The notes below the pieces were generated by a model, which was not told the DNA's origin, did not search any database, and saw only the letters and a list, made by a program, of their open reading frames with translations. A program made the translations under genes and the position numbers. This document shows positions 1-14,024 of a stretch of 47,627 nt of DNA, piece after piece. Within the stretch, counting starts at the first letter, position 1, and each line of letters starts with the position of its first letter. Source of the DNA: Elsinoe ampelina (taxonomy: Eukaryota); the NCBI GenBank assembly GCA_010093995.1, contig ML992534.1:1-47627 (forward strand), written 5' to 3'.

Positions 1-976
1 GAGGTTCGCTGGCTGTGAGGTTTGTCTGCGATTCTGTAAGATCTATACGATGGCCGCTGTCTTGACAACGAGGTGGTGAAGAAGCGAAGGAAATGAAAAG
101 GTGTGATTGTTCAGAGAAAGAGAACGAGAGAGCTATATTTATTTTGCGGCAGCTGAGGTAGGCAACAAGAGATTAGCAGCTATACCATGCCTCATCACAT
201 GTATACTCTGTGGTTTTGCTGCTTTCACATGTTGAACAATACCTGCAGTGAGGCCACACGCGTGGTGACGGCCGAAGGTGAGAAACTTCTGAGCTGTTGT
301 GAAGACTACATGCAATGTTATTGGTCTGGTAGAGACCTATAATACACTGAAAAGATAGTGCATGACATGGAAGAGCACATGCTCTGCAAGTGTCAATGAA
401 GATATCGGGAAATGTGGATGAGAAGCAATTGGGGAGAGAGGAATTTGAAACAAACATGTGAGAGGAAAGGAGCTTGGGCCACGTTGGTCGGCGAAAGAAA
501 ACAGTGACGCCGATGGCAATGGACAACTTAGGGCAGGCACTTGTAGAGCTGAACCTGGAGAAGAACAGGACAGGGTTTCGACATTGACTTTGAGCCGCCG
601 AAATTTCACGCCGTCATCAAACATCTCACATCATCCTCGTCAATTACAGCGCTCCTACCTCTCATTTGTTCGGCAGTATCCAGCATCGCGCAGCTGTCAT
701 TGGGCCGCATGGTAGGCTGCAGCGAGACTTTGCTCGACTCATCGCCAGGCCTGAATGCTTGCAGCCGCACCGCTAGGCTTGAGAGTGGTCACACCTAGGC
801 GCCTTGCAACCTTCCATTGGCTCAACCCGTGCTCAGCCATTAGCGGCGTGTCGTCGCGCTCGCTCAAGCGATATCACGCATTCCCAACTCGGACTTGGTC
901 ACCTGCAAAAAGCTTCTCAGCTTGGCAACCCTCTGTCTTACAGGCCTTCGGTCTTCGAGGGTTCTCTGCAAGTCAT

Positions 977-3900
977 ATGGACCGGACAGAGCACAGGGGA
1001 AAGCGCAAAGAACCTCCACCGGCCAAAGATCAACGACCTAGGAAACAAGTCAAGCAGAACGGGGCTATGGCAGTTTCGCCAGAGCGGAGCAGAGATGTCA
1101 TCACCAACGGAAAGCGTGACGAGTCGCCTGATGAAGAGTCGGACATGGATATTGAGTCGCCACTGCAAGAGAGAGACGCGGCGAATGCTTTGTTGAGAGG
1201 CACAACGAAAGAGACAGCGGAGTGGCAGGCAACGATTGAAAAGGTCATCACCAGTGTTGTTTCAATACACTTCTGCCAGACAGCCCCTTTCGATACTGAT
1301 GGTGCCTATACTAGCGAGGCGACTGGTTTCGTGGTGGATTCGGAGAATGGCTACATCCTGACCAACAGGCATGTGGTTGGCTCCGGTCCGTTCTGGGGAT
1401 ATTGCATCTTCGACAATCACGAGGAATGTGATGTGTACCCAGTCTATCGTGATCCAGTCCATGACTTTGGTGTCCTCAAATTCGATCCAAAGGCCATCAA
1501 GTATATGCCATTAAGCCGACTGCCACTGCGACCAGATCTTGCAAAGATCGGTTCGGAGATCCGTGTGGTCGGCAATGACGCCGGTGAGAAGCTCAGTATC
1601 CTTTCTGGTGTCATCAGCAGACTGGATCGCAACGCACCAGAATACGGTGAAGGGTACTGTGATTTCAACACGAACTACATTCAGGCGGCAGCTGCGGCAA
1701 GTGGAGGTAGCTCAGGAAGTCCCGTGGTTAACATCGACGGCAACGCGGTCGCCCTTCAAGCAGGCGGACGAGCGGATGGCGCTGCGACGGACTACTTTTT
1801 ACCACTGGATCGCCCATTGAGAGCGGTGCAGTGCATCCTGAACGGCGAGCAAGTCTCACGAGGGACAATACAAACACAGTGGCTCATCAAGCCTTTTGAC
1901 GAGTGCCGACGACTAGGATTGACATCAAACTGGGAGTCAGAAATACGCGAGAAGTTCCCCAAGGAAACAGGTATGCTGGTCGCGGAGGTGGTACTACCGA
2001 AGGGACCTGCGGACACGAAGTTGGAGGAGGGAGATGTGCTGATCAAGGTCAACGGCGAGCTCTTGACCCAATTTGTCAAGCTGGATGCGATTCTGGACGA
2101 CAGCGTTGGCAAGCAAGTCTCACTTCTGGTACAGCGAGGCGGAGAAGATATCGAAGTCACGGTTGATGTGGGAGATCTTCATGCGATCACACCAGATCGA
2201 TTTGTTTCAGTATCTGGTGGATCATTTCACAATTTGTCGTATCAGCAAGCCCGATATTACGTTGTTGCTCTACAGGGTAATGGTGTCTACTGTTGCCAAA
2301 CATCAAGCTCTTTCGGACTGGACCCTGGCCACGGATGGCTGATCCAATCGATTGACAACCAGCCAACACCCGACCTGGACACCTTCATCGAGGTTGCGCA
2401 GAAAATTCCGGACAGGAAGCGAGTCGTGGTCACCTTTAAGCACCTGCGAGACATGCATACACTGGAGACTGGAGTGATGCATGCAGACAGGCATTGGCGC
2501 AAGAAGATGGTCATGTGTACAAGAAACGACAAGACTGGACTGTGGGACTTTGACACAATCGGCAAGCCTATTCCACCAGAGAAGCCTGAGCCTCGCAAAG
2601 CCTCATTCATCCAAATGAATGGCTATGAGAATCAAAAGGCTGTCGATGTGCTGAAGAGCTTCGCTAGGGTCTACTGCCGAGTACCGCTGAAGCTTGACGG
2701 CTATCCATATGGGAGTGAGGTCGGCTATGGTCTGGTCATTGATGCGGAGAAGGGTCTGATCATCGTCTCTCGCGCCGTGGTACCTTACAGCTTGTGCGAC
2801 ATCTCAATCACCTTTGCCGACAGCATCATCGTGGAGGGCAAAGTAGTGTTCCTGCATCCTTTGCAGAATTACACAATTGTGCAGTACGATCCATCTTTGG
2901 TCGATGCGCCGGTCAAGACAGCAACTTTGGCACAGAAGGCCATCAAGCAGGGCGAGCGGACCACATTCTTCGGTTTCAATCAGCACTACCGTCCTGTCGT
3001 GGTCGAGACTGCCGTGACCGACATCACTTCGGTTACGATTCCAGCCAGCGTCACCATGCCACGCTATCGTGCCGTCAATCTGGACGCCATCACCGTAGAC
3101 ACGACTGTATCAGAAAGATGTGGTAGCGGCGTTCTGGTCTCGGAATCGGGTGAGGTCCAAGCACTTTGGATGACATATCTCGGCGACAGAAGCTCGAGTG
3201 GTAGGGACAACGAGTATCGCCTGGGTCTAGCCACACCTGGACTACTTCCCGTACTCAAAGAGATCAGAAGCGGAGGTAAACCCAGTCTCCGAATCCTCAA
3301 CTTGGAGACTCAGCCGATGCAAATGAGTGAGGCCAGGATTCGTGGTGTCTCAGATCAGTGGATTGAGAGGGTTCAGAAAGAAGACCCTGAGAGGCACCAG
3401 CTCTTTATGGTGCGGAAGCTTGATGCTGGCAACAACGGCGGCCTGCAGGAAGGAGACACGATCTTGACACTGGATGGCAAGTTGATAACCAGGGTCACAG
3501 ACTTTGACATCATGTACAACCGCGAGTCGATGGAGGCAGTTGTGGTCCGCAAGGACCAGGAGCTCACTATCAAGGTCCCGACGGTTCTTACCACCGATCT
3601 TGAGACTGATCGCGCCGTGATCTGCTGTGGTGCAGTCTTCCACGAGCCACACCACGCAGTCCGACAGCAGATCTCAAAGCTGCACTCCAAGGTCTACGTG
3701 TCCGGTCGTATCGCCGGTTCGCCAGCTTATATGTATGGTTTGGCACCTACCAATTTTGTCACCCACGTCAATGGAGTTCCATCACCGGATCTGGACACGT
3801 TCTTGACGGAGACTAACAAGATCCCGAACAACACCTACTTTCGACTCAAGCTGATGACGTTTGACAATCAACCTTGGGTGGCAACCCTCAAGAAGAACGA

Positions 3901-4054
3901 GCATTACTTCCCAACTCAAGAATTTGTCCGAGACGAAAGTGTCCGTGAAGGGTGGAAGCGGATCGCGTACGAGGACGGAAAAGTCAAGCAGGATGATGAG
4001 GAGCCTGAGAGCCTAGAGGATACTGGAGCTCTCGAAGAGGCTGACACATGCTAG
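977..4054 (+). CDS. NMA111: Pro-apoptotic nuclear HtrA-like serine protease Nma111 (trypsin-like + PDZ, duplicated architecture)
   Basis: Intronless ORF 755..4054 with catalytic motifs TNRHVV (His), HDFG (Asp) and [10 protein letters not shown] (Ser), PDZ-like segments and a second protease-like repeat. The start is placed at ATG 977 ([12 protein letters not shown], basic NLS-like); the upstream in-frame ATG 755 is also possible. Confidence 0.93.
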   Translation: MDRTEHRGKRKEPPPAKDQRPRKQVKQNGAMAVSPERSRDVITNGKRDESPDEESDMDIESPLQERDAANALLRGTTKETAEWQATIEKVITSVVSIHFCQTAPFDTDGAYTSEATGFVVDSENGYILTNRHVVGSGPFWGYCIFDNHEECDVYPVYRDPVHDFGVLKFDPKAIKYMPLSRLPLRPDLAKIGSEIRVVGNDAGEKLSILSGVISRLDRNAPEYGEGYCDFNTNYIQAAAAASGGSSGSPVVNIDGNAVALQAGGRADGAATDYFLPLDRPLRAVQCILNGEQVSRGTIQTQWLIKPFDECRRLGLTSNWESEIREKFPKETGMLVAEVVLPKGPADTKLEEGDVLIKVNGELLTQFVKLDAILDDSVGKQVSLLVQRGGEDIEVTVDVGDLHAITPDRFVSVSGGSFHNLSYQQARYYVVALQGNGVYCCQTSSSFGLDPGHGWLIQSIDNQPTPDLDTFIEVAQKIPDRKRVVVTFKHLRDMHTLETGVMHADRHWRKKMVMCTRNDKTGLWDFDTIGKPIPPEKPEPRKASFIQMNGYENQKAVDVLKSFARVYCRVPLKLDGYPYGSEVGYGLVIDAEKGLIIVSRAVVPYSLCDISITFADSIIVEGKVVFLHPLQNYTIVQYDPSLVDAPVKTATLAQKAIKQGERTTFFGFNQHYRPVVVETAVTDITSVTIPASVTMPRYRAVNLDAITVDTTVSERCGSGVLVSESGEVQALWMTYLGDRSSSGRDNEYRLGLATPGLLPVLKEIRSGGKPSLRILNLETQPMQMSEARIRGVSDQWIERVQKEDPERHQLFMVRKLDAGNNGGLQEGDTILTLDGKLITRVTDFDIMYNRESMEAVVVRKDQELTIKVPTVLTTDLETDRAVICCGAVFHEPHHAVRQQISKLHSKVYVSGRIAGSPAYMYGLAPTNFVTHVNGVPSPDLDTFLTETNKIPNNTYFRLKLMTFDNQPWVATLKKNEHYFPTQEFVRDESVREGWKRIAYEDGKVKQDDEEPESLEDTGALEEADTC

Positions 4055-4373
4055 AGCTAGAGATAGATACCAGCATGATAAATGTGTATAGATCAACTCA
4101 ATATCAAGCATCTGACTGCTCGTCGAATGACAGGGAGCAAAGTCCAGCTTATGTCATGCCGCTCCTACCCGAGCTTTCATGGGAGCAACCGGGGCAAACA
4201 CAACCTTAAACAGAGCTGCGGCGACTTGGCCGGAAAAACATGGACGCTTTGCTCTCTCCAACGGGATCTACCCTGCATAGCAGATCTCAACCTCCGACCT
4301 CAACTTTTGCTCTCCATCTCCCTACACACTCATCGTAGCCGACTTTGTATAGCTGGAGCTCGGTCGCATCACA

Positions 4374-6069
4374 ATGTTCAAGCACGTTGTGCCAAAGTCG
4401 TGCTCGCGGCCAGTCCTCCGCTCCTACGCACAAGGAAACACTTTCCGCGCATCACCCTCCACATTCTACCTAGTCGATCGATTACAGCAAAGGCGAGGAT
4501 ATGCGACGCCAGCTGGTGAGGGTCATAGACCACCAGTCCTGCATAATCACTGACACTGGGCAGAGGAGAAGGATCTCGTAATCATCGGTGGTGGTGTTGC
4601 GGGATATGTTGCGGCCATCAAGGCAGGACAGGCAGGCCTCCAGGTATGCCCAACAAGTTCTTCGAGAACAACGGAATATTTGTCTGACCGGTCCAGGTCG
4701 CATGCATAGAGAAGCGTGGTTCTCTCGGCGGCACATGTCTCAACGTCGGCTGTATACCTTCCAAATCGCTTCTCAACAACTCTGCGCTGTACCACCAGAT
4801 CCTACATGACACGAAAAACCGCGGTATCGAAGTCGGCGATGTCAAGCTCAATCTCGCACAAATGATGAAGGCCAAGGACACATCCGTTGGATCGCTCACA
4901 AAGGGTATCGAGTTTCTGTTCAAGAAGAACAATGTGGAATACATCAAGGGTACTGGATCGTTCGCGGATGAGCACACTGTGGCAGTCAACCTCGTCGAGG
5001 GCGGCGAGACCTCTATCCGCGGCAAGAACATCCTTGTGGCCACTGGTTCCGAGGCTACCCCTTTCCCTGGTCTCACCATTGACGAGAAGAAGGTCATTAC
5101 CTCTACAGGAGCGATCGCACTGCAGGAGGTACCGAAGAAGATGGTCGTCATTGGCGGTGGCATCATCGGTCTCGAGATGGCCTCGGTATGGAGTAGACTT
5201 GGCTCGGAAGTGACAGTCGTGGAGTTCTTGGGACAGATCGGTGGGCCAGGCATGGACACTGAGATCTCGAAGAACATCCAAAAGACTCTTACGAAGCAGG
5301 GCTTGAAGTTCAAGCTCAACACCAAGGTCACAAAGGGTGATGACAGCGGCAGCCAGGTCAAGATCAATGTCGAGGCTGCCAAGGGTGGCAAGGAGGAAGT
5401 CGTAAGTGACCAGAAGCATGTGGATTATGGCATAGATTGACCTTTCTCCAGCTTGACGCCGATGTCGTCCTCGTCGCTATTGGCCGCCGCCCATACACCG
5501 CCGGTCTAGGTCTCGAGAATATCGGTCTGGAAGTCGACAATCGTGGCCGCATCGTCATTGACCAGGAGTACCGCACCAAAATCCCACACATCCGCGTAAT
5601 TGGTGACTGCACATTCGGTCCTATGCTTGCCCACAAGGCCGAAGAAGAAGCCGTCGCAGCCGTTGAGTTCATCACCAAGAACTACGGTCACGTCAACTAC
5701 AACGCTATCCCATCTGTCATGTACACCCACCCCGAAGTCGCCTGGGTCGGCCAAAACGAGGCGGAATTGAAAGAGCAAGGCATCAAGTACAAGGTCGGAA
5801 CATTTCCCTTCTCCGCCAACTCGCGAGCAAAGACCAACATGGACACGGACGGTATTGTGAAGTTCCTCGCTGATGCCGAGACCGACCGCATACTGGGTAT
5901 TCACATTGTTGGCTCCAACGCCGGAGAGATGATCGCTGAGGGTGTGCTCGCGCTCGAGTACGGTGCATCGAGTGAGGATGTGGCCAGGACGAGCCATGCT
6001 CACCCGACGCTTGCAGAGGCATTCAAAGAAGCTGCCATGGCAACTTCGGGCAAAGCCATTCATTACTGA
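4374..6069 (+). CDS. LPD1: Mitochondrial dihydrolipoamide dehydrogenase (E3); exons 4374-4515, 4564-4643, 4697-5401, 5452-6069
   Basis: Arg/Ser-rich presequence, [15 protein letters not shown] motif, redox disulfide [24 protein letters not shown] motif and C-terminal HAHPTLAE. Three GT-AG introns restore the frame. Confidence 0.96.
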
Positions 6070-6379
6070 GATATCTCGTTGATAGGTGAAGGATCAGTAG
6101 TGGACGGAGAGGCAGTGTGGCTAGGAAGCATCATGAGTGAACTTGTGACTCGGAATGAAGCAAGCGCTTTCTTGTGCGGATATATCTCTGACTGTATACC
6201 ATTTTGGAGAAATGCTGCACTGCTTGTGATACTACCACACCTGCTATCCGTGGTAGTACCAACATGATAGTCTAATGCATGACCTTCCGTCACCGGCAAA
6301 TCTCAACCTCTTCTAAGCATCCGCCACAGGTCGCAGCTCCAGTACTACCAGCTAACTAAAGCACCACCAGCACCCTCCC

Positions 6380-8125
6380 CTAAGGCGTACACCTCCCCAT
6401 ATACCTCGGATACAAACAACAATCCCTCACGGTATGCTGCTTACACAACCAAGCCAAAAACCGCTCCAACCCCAACCCATACCCTCCATGGGGACTACTC
6501 CCATACTTTCTCTGATCGGTATACCAATAATACGGTTCCGGCGCGATGCCCTCCCGCTTATACGCCGCCATCAACTCATCATAGTCGTCCATGCGCATGC
6601 TCCCGCCGACAATCTCGCCGACACCGGGCATGAGCACGTCCACGCTCTCGGTCACGCGGGTGTCGGCCGGGTCTTTCTGCATGTAAAACGCCTTGATCTC
6701 CACGGGGAAATGGGTGAGGAAGATGGGTTTGTTGATGATGTCCGTCATGCGCCGCTCGGCTGCCTCGGCGATGTCGTCGCCGAACGCGTGCGGTTGGCCT
6801 TCTTCGTTGGGGATGTCGTTGTCGATGAGCCATTGGATGGCGTCGGAGTAGCGCATGCGGCGGAAGGGACGCTCGGGCACGCGGAAGTCCGGGTTGAGGT
6901 CGGAGATGTATTTCGCGATCACCGGGTCGGACAGGGCGATTTCGAGGACGCGGCAGATGACGAATTCGATGTGGTCGAGCAGGTCGGTGAAGGTGATGAA
7001 GTCGAGTTCGGCTTCGATGTGGGTGTATTCGGACAGGTGGCGGCGGGTGAGGGACTTTTCGGCGCGGAAGGACTTTTCGATGCAGAAGACGTCGCCCATG
7101 CTGGGGAGGCAGGTTTCGAGGTAGAGTTGGCTGGATTGCGTGAGGAAGCTGGTCTCGCCGTAGTAGTCGAATTTGAAGAGGGTGGCGCCGCCTTCGACTT
7201 GGGTTTGTACCATGGCTGGGGGGGAGACTTTGCGGCAGCGGACTTCTTTGTAGGTCTGGTGGAAGGCGCTCTCGATGGCGTCGCGGACGAACATGACGGC
7301 GCTGGCATGCTCGCCGCGAAGGAGAAGGTGGCGGTTGTCGAGGAGTGTCTGGGGGTCGCCGCCGGCTTGGACTTTGTTGGTGATGGCATCGTCACCGCCA
7401 GGGGCTTTGCCTCCCTTGAGGATGCGGAAGAAGTCTGCGTGGAGTTCTCTGTTGTTGGGAGCGTGTGCGCCGGGTGGCACCTCCCACATCTCGCCAGTGA
7501 TCTCCATGCTTGTCTCTTTCGTGAGTGTCACTGCATCGTATGTCTTTGCAAGGTTGCCCGCGAACACGACTTGCAAGAATCCATAGCCGTCTCTTAGCGT
7601 TACGAAGAGCAGATCCTTTTGCTTCCTTTCTCTGTGCACGCGACCAAAAACTCGCACTCGTGTGCCTCTGTCTGGGCTCGAGTAGTCTACCTCCTTCGGC
7701 CTCTCCCCGTTACCAAGCGTGACCTTCTTCGGATCCGTCTCGTCGAGCTTGATCCTCGTCGCCGCAGGCAGGGATTGATCCTCGGTTATAACAATCTTCT
7801 TAGCTTCGTCCAGCGCCTTTTGTCGCTCTTCGTTCTCCTTCGCCAACCGAACAGCCAGCTCTTTCTCCTTGGAGGCTTTCTTGCTCTGTGCTGCCGCGTA
7901 CGACACAGCCTTTTTCATGGCTGCTTTTGCGGCAGGCTTCCATTCTGCTGTGACGGCGCCAGTCGCATCGGCTTCCCGCTTGCGTACGAGGTAGTTGACG
8001 TTCTCGCCATTTGCAATGTAGGCAGGTCCTAGCAGTTTGAAGGGCGCGGTCTCTGTGCCGGCGGGGGCGGGGTCGTCGACGCCGGTCTCCTCGTCGACGT
8101 AGATTGTTTTCTTGTCGTCAGCCAT
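6380..8125 (-). CDS. DED81: Cytoplasmic asparaginyl-tRNA synthetase
   Basis: Intronless 581-aa ORF with an OB-fold anticodon domain (RVFGRVHR..LRDGYG) and class II motifs LTQSSQLYLE, FRAEKSLTRRHLSEY and HGGYGLGLERF. Confidence 0.96.
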   Translation of the reverse strand: MADDKKTIYVDEETGVDDPAPAGTETAPFKLLGPAYIANGENVNYLVRKREADATGAVTAEWKPAAKAAMKKAVSYAAAQSKKASKEKELAVRLAKENEERQKALDEAKKIVITEDQSLPAATRIKLDETDPKKVTLGNGERPKEVDYSSPDRGTRVRVFGRVHRERKQKDLLFVTLRDGYGFLQVVFAGNLAKTYDAVTLTKETSMEITGEMWEVPPGAHAPNNRELHADFFRILKGGKAPGGDDAITNKVQAGGDPQTLLDNRHLLLRGEHASAVMFVRDAIESAFHQTYKEVRCRKVSPPAMVQTQVEGGATLFKFDYYGETSFLTQSSQLYLETCLPSMGDVFCIEKSFRAEKSLTRRHLSEYTHIEAELDFITFTDLLDHIEFVICRVLEIALSDPVIAKYISDLNPDFRVPERPFRRMRYSDAIQWLIDNDIPNEEGQPHAFGDDIAEAAERRMTDIINKPIFLTHFPVEIKAFYMQKDPADTRVTESVDVLMPGVGEIVGGSMRMDDYDELMAAYKREGIAPEPYYWYTDQRKYGSSPHGGYGLGLERFLAWLCKQHTVRDCCLYPRYMGRCTP

Positions 8126-8426
8126 GTTGCCCTGCGTCTATGACGGAGACTGGGAAGGCCAATGGCTGAGGATATGTGTGTGTCGTGGTGGAGGACAGGT
8201 GTTGTGGTCGCGCGGGGAAATTTATCGAGGACGTGGTGGAGTCATGGTGGGCTTATCGAAGCTTGGGCCAGGAGGTCTGTTTTATCCGCATGTTTGTGGT
8301 CACTGTTTCGACTCATTTGTCAAACAGGTACAATGTCAATTCACAAGACTGCATTTCGTCTATCATTAGGAACACTGCATTCTTCCTCCGAATGGCTGAA
8401 AACGCAACATAGTGTCAGAATCCCGC

Positions 8427-9194
8427 CTACAATTTCTCAAATGCAGCGACTGCGGCTTCGGCGGTGGCATGCGCTGAAGCTGGGTTCGCCCCAGTCACAA
8501 CCTGCCCATCCGTCTGAGTGAACGAGTCCCAAGGTCCAGGAGGGCTGATGTCTATTCACGTGTCAGCAGAGAATGAGTTCTGGACTGCTGCATACTTACA
8601 TGTAGCGCCAGCATCAGCGGCCGAGGCTTCAATGGTCGGCCTCTTCCAGCTCTTGATCGTGTCCAGCACGCCCTCTTCCTCTTCTCCTTTTGTAGTGAAG
8701 CCGGTCACTTTCTTGCCGTCGATGACGGATTTGCCAGTCTTCTTGTCGATGATACCCGGGAAGATGGCTCCGCCATGGCAGACAGCGGACACAATACCTC
8801 CGTCTTCGTAGATCTTGGCGGCAATCTCCTGTAGTCCTTTGGCATCAGGGTAGTCGATCAACGAAGCATGGCCTGCAGACGCGAAGAACAGGCCATAGTC
8901 TTCGGCTTTGACACCAGATGGTTTCTTGAGTTGACTGATCTTGGTCCTGAAAGGACTGTTGGCATCCTCCCACTGCTTGCGGTCGTCACCCTTTAGCCAA
9001 TCCTCGGTCTCGGAGAGCCAGTCGGCCTGGAAGGTACCGGTCTCTGATACAAGGTCGACTTCGAAACCCTTCTCACGGAAGACATTGTATGGGTGCAAGG
9101 CTTCTGTCACGAAGAGGCCAGTCTCCTTGCCCTCGGGGTAGAGAGGGGCATGAGCGGATGTTATTGCAATCAGAGCTTTGCGCGGGGGAGACAT
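8427..9194 (-). CDS. DJ-1/PfpI family Hsp31-like glutathione-independent glyoxalase; exons 9194-8600, 8551-8427
   Basis: TGLFVTEALHP (Glu) and SAVCHGGA (Cys-His) motifs. Intron 8599-8552 (GTAAGT..CTGAC..TAG) gives the C-terminus YISPPGPWDSFTQTDGQVVTGANPASA. Confidence 0.92.
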
Positions 9195-9894
9195 GGCGTA
9201 TGGTATGGTAGTGAAGTGAGAAGGGATGCCAGGAATGGTCTTTAGCTACCTTCTCTATTTAATGGACTACAGGGGGAGCTGTGCGATTGACTTTTTCGCG
9301 CCTCGGCTGCATGAGGTGTCGAGCTGAGTGATCCAAAGGGACGCAGTGTCTGTGTCTTGTGGCGTGACATCAGACCTCTGATGGGCAAACACTGTCGTTA
9401 TGTAAACATGTGCCCCGCAGTTTGCCGATCACGAAATGGAGCTCTGGTGAACACGTGCTTGTCGGCTGTGCGCAGAGTATGAGGTATTATCGCAATCTTC
9501 CTTCTTGCTATGAACTTACTATACACTCATGTACAGTGGAGGTCAAGATGCGAACCTAATGTGCCGTGCTCGGTCTAAGATTTGCAAGCGGTCGTCGGGC
9601 ATCGAGTCTTCCACGTCTCCTCCGCGAATGCTTCAGGTTCGTGCCTCAGGATCAGGACTGGTGGGCAGAGCTTAACGACGCATCTAACCTTATGACATAT
9701 CTGCTTCCCCAACTCACGACTGTGCTTCTTCCTTCAGCTTCCTCTTAATAACCAGAACCGCCCAATAAATCACGGCAGCCTCATCCTTACGCCGAAAGCG
9801 GTCCTGCCAGTATTAGCCGCATGTTCAGCTTCTCCGCCTGGTAGAAGCTGCTTCGGCAGCCTCAACGCGCCTGCCTCCAACTCCACGCGCCGAC

Positions 9895-12800
9895 ATGGAT
9901 ATCAGCGTACAGAAGGCGCTGAGCGACAAGCTATACGACAAGAGGAAAGGTGGTGCCCTAGAGTAAGTCTCAACAGCTTACACTGCCATGAATGACGAGG
10001 CTCTCGGTCTTGTACTCTACACTGGCGGCTTGAGTCTCCTGGTTGCAAAAGAGAAGCATGGGTATACTGACACACGCAAAAGACTAGAGAATATTATTCG
10101 AGAGTCACTCGCGACCAACGACCATGACCGGATAGCCAAGGTCGTACACCAGCTCTGCCACGACTATGCTTACGCCGTACATCAACCACATGCTCGGAAT
10201 GGAGGATTGATTGGCCTAGCCGCCGCTGCTATCGCCCTTGGTAGCGTAAGAGACGCATGCTACATGAAGGTGACTTTTTGTTAACTAGGTACAGGAGGTC
10301 GCTAGATACCTTCGCGAGATCGTCCCTCCCGTACTCGCCTGCTTCTCGGACCAGGATGCAAGAGTCAGATACTATGCCTGCGAGAGCATGTACAACATCG
10401 CGAAGGTGGCCAAGGGGGAGGTCCTCATATACTTCAACGACATCTTTGACGCTTTGTGCAAGGTAGGAATCGATGGTTTAGAGCTACAGGAGCATGCTGA
10501 CTGGCGAACAGCTAGCCGCAGACACCGAGCTCTCGGTGAAGAATGGTGCAGAGCTATTGGATCGTCTGGTAAAGGACATTGTCTCCGAGTCGGCGGCATC
10601 GTACGTCTCGATACTGGAGCCCCAACCAGAATTGGATCCCAACAACGAAGATAGCTTTCTTGGTCCGCGAGCTTTCAAGCTGGGAGAGTTTATCCCATTA
10701 TTACAAGAACGAATCTTCGTTCTCAATCCTTTCACTCGCACATTCCTCGTCTCTTGGATAACATTACTCGACTCCATACCGGATCTGGAGCTTGTGACAT
10801 TTCTGCCATCGTTCTTAGGAGGTCTCCTGCGGTTCCTCTCAGACCCGAACCAGGATGTACACACGACCACCAAAGTCGCTCTCGATCGGTTCCTCAGCGA
10901 GATCAAGAAAATCTCAGCCATCAAGCGCAACATTACCGAAAGTCGAAAGACAGCGTCACTTAGACCGAGAAAGTCCTCAGATGTCAGTGCTGATAGCCGT
11001 GTACCTGTCAGAAATGGTGGGGTTGAGCAGCTTGACAAGGTCACGCGAGATCCGGATCTCCATGGAGACTCGCTGGACGATGATCTGGACGTAGGAAACG
11101 ACATCGATGATGAACGCAGCATGTCTAGCACTGCACTCGATGATGACGACGGAGAAATCGAAGAGGAGTATATTCCTGGTCAAGACGTACAAGTCGATCA
11201 TGCAAAGATACTGGACATCCTACTCGACTTCCTCAGGGACTCGTCCGAAGAAGAGATTCAAACAACCACGTTGCGATGGATCGAGAATTTCTTCGAAATA
11301 TGCCCGGAGGATGTCTTACCTTTTGTCCCGAGACTGTTGTCCCAGGTCCTTCCAGCATTATCACATGATGTCGATCTAGTCCGAACAGCGGCAGATCGCG
11401 TCAACAGAGCTCTCAACTCTTTCATCATGTCTCTGCCGGAGGATAACAACAGGGCAAATTTACCCTCGGTACCTTCGACAATTTCCGTCAACACATCATT
11501 ACCAATCCGCTCGATCAAGGAGCCAGATGGGATGGAGAGAAGGGAAGCATCGGTATCGAGCCGGCTGAAGCCTCCTTCACCGGAGCTGGACAGCCGGAAA
11601 GGCGAATCACAATCGCAGTCGACTGAGGACATTGCAGCACAACAGCAACCAGAGTCTCACCGGCAGCCCACTGAACTGGACTATGAGGCTGCCGTGAATT
11701 CTCTGACACTGCAATTCCTCAACGAGCATGAAAATTCGAGGGTGGCTGCACTATCGTGGCTGCTCATGCTTCATCGCAAGTCACCACGCAAGATCCTCGC
11801 CATCCATGAAGGGACTTTCCCAGCTCTATTGAAGACACTTTCAGATCCGTCAGAAATGGTGGTCGTGAGGGATCTGCAGCTTCTCTCCCAGATCTGTAGG
11901 AATAGCGACGACTCCTACTTCTCCGTATTCATGGTCAGTTTACTCAAACTTTTCTGCACTGATCGTCGTCTACTGGAGACCAGAGGTAATCTGATCATTC
12001 GTCAACTGTGTCTGCACCTTAGTCCGGAGCGCATCTACCGCACCATGGCAGACTGTCTGGAGAAGGACGAAGACATTGAGTTTGCCAGCATCATGGTGCA
12101 GAACCTGAACAACAATCTCATCACGGCGCCCGAGTTGGCTGATCTCCGCAAGCGACTACGCAATTTGGAGAGCAGGGAAGGCCAGGCTTTCTTCGTTGGA
12201 CTCTTCCGCTCTTGGTGTCACAACGCGGTGGCAACCTTCTCACTTTGTCTGCTCGCTCAAGCTTACGAACAAGCATACCATCTGCTGCAGATCTTCACCG
12301 AGCTGGAGATGACGGTCAACATGCTTATCCAGATTGATAAGCTCGTGCAGCTCCTGGAGTCGCCGGTTTTCACCTACCTGCGTTTGCAGCTACTTGAGCC
12401 CGAACGCTTTCCTCACCTCTACAAGTGTTTGTATGGTCTTCTGATGCTGCTGCCACAGTCTAGTGCATTTGCAGCGCTCAAGAATCGGCTGAACTCGGTA
12501 TCGGCAATAGGCTATCTGCATGTGGCGCCACGACCTCCACCAACAACACCAGGAGGTGCTCCAGGATCGTTTGCAGATCGACCGAATCGACTCAAGTCGC
12601 GAGAAGATCCGGGAATTCGCTGGACTGAATTGCTTGAGAAGTTTCGGTCGACACAGGAACGAGCACGCCGGGCACATCAAAGAGCGACAATGCCTGCCTC
12701 GTCCTTGGGTCTACTGGCACCCGATGAGGATATCAGACAGAATGGTCGGTCAACACCAGTGTCGCGTAATGCGCCGTCCATGGTACCGACACATCCAGCA

Positions 12801-12953
12801 GGTGTCTTGAGGCCAAGCAGCGCAGCAAGCCTCCATCGTCCACCGCCGGCGCCCGTTCAACCCCCACCTGGTGCAGGTCACCAGAAGAGTAAGAGCAGTC
12901 TGAGTCAGTTTGGTAGATTCAGAGTCACTGGCAAGGGGAAGAAGAGCTCGTGA
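9895..12953 (+). CDS. VAC14: Vac14 HEAT-repeat scaffold of the Fab1/PIKfyve complex; exons 9895-9962, 10083-10245, 10295-10462, 10512-12953
   Basis: N-terminus QKALSDKLYDKRKGGALE, ARNGGLIGLAA and DARVRYYACESMYNIAKV, plus the C-terminal Fig4-binding region QIDKLVQLLESPVFTYLRLQLL and LLPQSSAF. Three canonical introns. Confidence 0.95.
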
Positions 12954-14024
12954 ACTACAGCAAGTGATGAGACCAGGCATCGGCAATTCCATTGGGTCAA
13001 GGAATGGTCAGGGCATGGTCAGTGAGTTGTCTTTTTTGCAGTCTAGCGTTCAGTATCAGCCATAAGTACAGTTCATGTCTAGTAATCACTATCATTTTAC
13101 GAACACGAGGTGGAAAGGACATTAGATGAGAATGATCGACGGTGATTGATGGTCTGGACGCGGCCAAAGTGGCTTGAGCAGGGCAGAGGGGCTGACACTA
13201 GATTGTGGTCCCTGCGGCTCTAGCGAACTCCCCTGTCTTGACTCTGTGAACGGCCTGTCATTCGTCCTCGTTCTCGGATCCCCACCCAGAAGTTCACCGA
13301 ATGACGGCCGAACGCCACGCGACTCGGCGCATCGAAGAAGCCATGGAATACATAAAAAAGTGAAGGAAACGCCTCTGCATTATTAGATCAGGAGACGCAT
13401 GTACACGCACGTGCAAATGCGGACTGCGGTGCAAAGCACATGCCGGCAATTCTCGGGCGTTTACTCAACCATTCGCGCAGGATGACGAGCTACCGGGCCT
13501 GCCAGGATTCTTCATCGCGATGGCCGAGTCGTCGAGTTCTTCGATGCCTGTCAACGCAAAATGCTCGATCGATCTGCAAACAGGTCGCGTGGGCCTTGTC
13601 GCTCGGACTCTTCGTCCCACTGTGGCTAGAGGACAGGGATTTCTGTCACTTTTCCCAAGGTTGCCACTGGGTTGCTGGCACCTAGCGTACTGCTTCCAGT
13701 GCTTGACTGCTTGATGATCATTATTATTCCCTCCGGTTTCTCTTGCCTGTGACCACCACTAGGTGAACCTGTGGCTTTTCCGCTCAGAAACGTGCCCCAC
13801 CATCGCGACTCGCCGCACCCATCACTGGTTCCTTTTAGCGGTTCCAACTTTACGTGCAGCCTTCCAGGCATCTGGTGCCGAACATCGAAACCCTGTCGAC
13901 CGCAAAACATCCACCACTTGTTCCCTCGAGTCCGTGCCGTGTGAAGACGTCAATCCTTTCCCACCCGTCATGACCAGTCATCACGACGCCCTCGCTACAT
14001 AGCGAAATAGCAGGGGACGAAGAT

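Noticed and set aside
6434..7597. 387-aa ORF antisense to Asn-tRNA synthetase
   Set aside because: Shadow frame produced by the strong C-ending codon bias of the real gene; it has no recognisable motifs.
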